Of a stretch of 64,000 bases of DNA, positions 62,901 through 64,000 are shown one piece after another. The stretch is from assembly GCF_964355755.1 (NCBI RefSeq), contig NC_092673.1:10884948-10948947 (forward strand). Reading direction: 5' to 3'. The notes beneath the pieces were generated by a model, which did no database searches, was not told the DNA's origin, and worked only from the letters and a program-made list of their open reading frames with translations. Position 1 is the stretch's first letter. Every line of letters begins with the position of its first letter. Both the position numbers and the translations under genes were made by a program. The stretch is from Antedon mediterranea. Lineage: Eukaryota > Animalia > Echinodermata.

Positions 62901-64000
62901 TACATACAGTGTAGAATAGGTGAAATGACTGGACCCGCCATTTATTCCAATTTTTAACATAGCGACGGTATCAAAATGAAACACTAAGATAGCAATTTCG
63001 GAAGGAAATTATCTCGGCAATAACATATTAATGTGTAGAAGAAATTTAAATACGTAAAATATTGATGCGCGCTCTTTTAAATGTGATGAATTATGACGCA
63101 AAAGATGAAAATACAACTTTTTTTATTTAACTGGTCATATGATGACGTCACAACATCCGATTGGCAAAATGTTTACATAAATTCGTATCTACAATCCAAT
63201 AGCTTCCAGAAAACGTTTTAATCATGATTATCACGTTTTATTCTGACGAGCTATAACAGATTGAAATTTACTGTAAAGACGAAAATAAGTGACCCATGTT
63301 ATTTACATATTTAGACATGATGACGTCATAAAAATTAAAATATTTTTAACTCATACGAAAGATAGTTGATTGACCTAGATAATATAAAAATCGGGGTAAA
63401 AATGGAAAACAGATAATTGGAGATGCGCTCTATTAAATGTCATGCGCTATGATGAAAGATACAAAAATCCTATATTTTATATTCGCATGGCCATACGGTG
63501 ACGTCACAATGTTCGGTTAGCCATATTAATACATGATCCAAAATCTACAACTCATCAACTTTCAGAATATGCAAAAAAAATTACTTTCACCGTTTAGTTT
63601 AGGAACTACGACTGTTTAAAAAAGGGCATAATTTTGACAAATTTTGACGATTTTTTGAACTTTTTCATAAAAAATGCACGTAAATTATCCAATTCAACGT
63701 GCCCGTATGACGTAATTTTAAGTCGAAATTGTTCAAAAGTTGGTAAAATTACTAGAAAAAGCTGGAAAAACATAAATCACTCGAAAAAAAATTGTTTTCA
63801 ACGCTACGTGCGTACCGCGCGCGTAAAAATTTGAGCGCACGTGGGAATTTTTTACATGCTCTAAATGACATGAAACGCGTAGAAAGTTGATTAGATATTG
63901 ATTTTTCGCATTTTGAAATTTTAAACGCGCTTGCACGCGTAACTTCGTGTGAAACATGCCAATTTTTTTTCACATTCAGTTAGCGCAAAATATCAATTAA
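53987..64000 (-). repeat. head-to-tail array of ~1.1-1.6-kb HINE family A units (at least 7), runs off the window end
   Basis: Unit starts AACTAGA...AACTCGTCA-CTT-TGACGAGTT...GTTATCCGC at 53987, 55086, 56503, 58017, 59540, 61074 and 62704. On the minus strand this is 3' sub-TIR + hairpin + CTAG/TT, as in Helentron-associated elements. Confidence 0.9.

Noticed and set aside
54547-63973. Short ORFs in the terminal array
   Set aside because: Not conserved in frame between units; non-coding HINE sequence.

Overview
AT-rich animal (probably marine invertebrate) nuclear DNA, almost entirely nested transposable elements and satellites. One host gene, absent from the ORF track, can be read by eye. 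It is the GPI-anchor transamidase PIGK/GPI8 on the + strand: a probable signal-peptide exon 1 (21994-22080), a 23-kb intron, and a 54-bp exon 2 carrying the SGHTNNWAVL motif (45160-45213). Exon 3 was not found in the window. Upstream lie a decayed BEL/Pao LTR retrotransposon, a LINE interrupted by a solo LTR and a DNA element, Helentron-type non-autonomous elements (HINE/DINE-1-like), a minimal hammerhead ribozyme motif, and a 3.9-kb foldback element ending 48 bp before the candidate PIGK ATG. Intron 1 holds a ~9.2-kb Mutator (Phantom-like) element with a spliced PHD-FLYWCH-DDE transposase, RTE and CR1-like LINE relics, a Helitron Rep relic and many MITEs. The last 10 kb is a head-to-tail array of diverged ~1.5-kb HINE units. 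All calls are by manual reading; no database searches were run.
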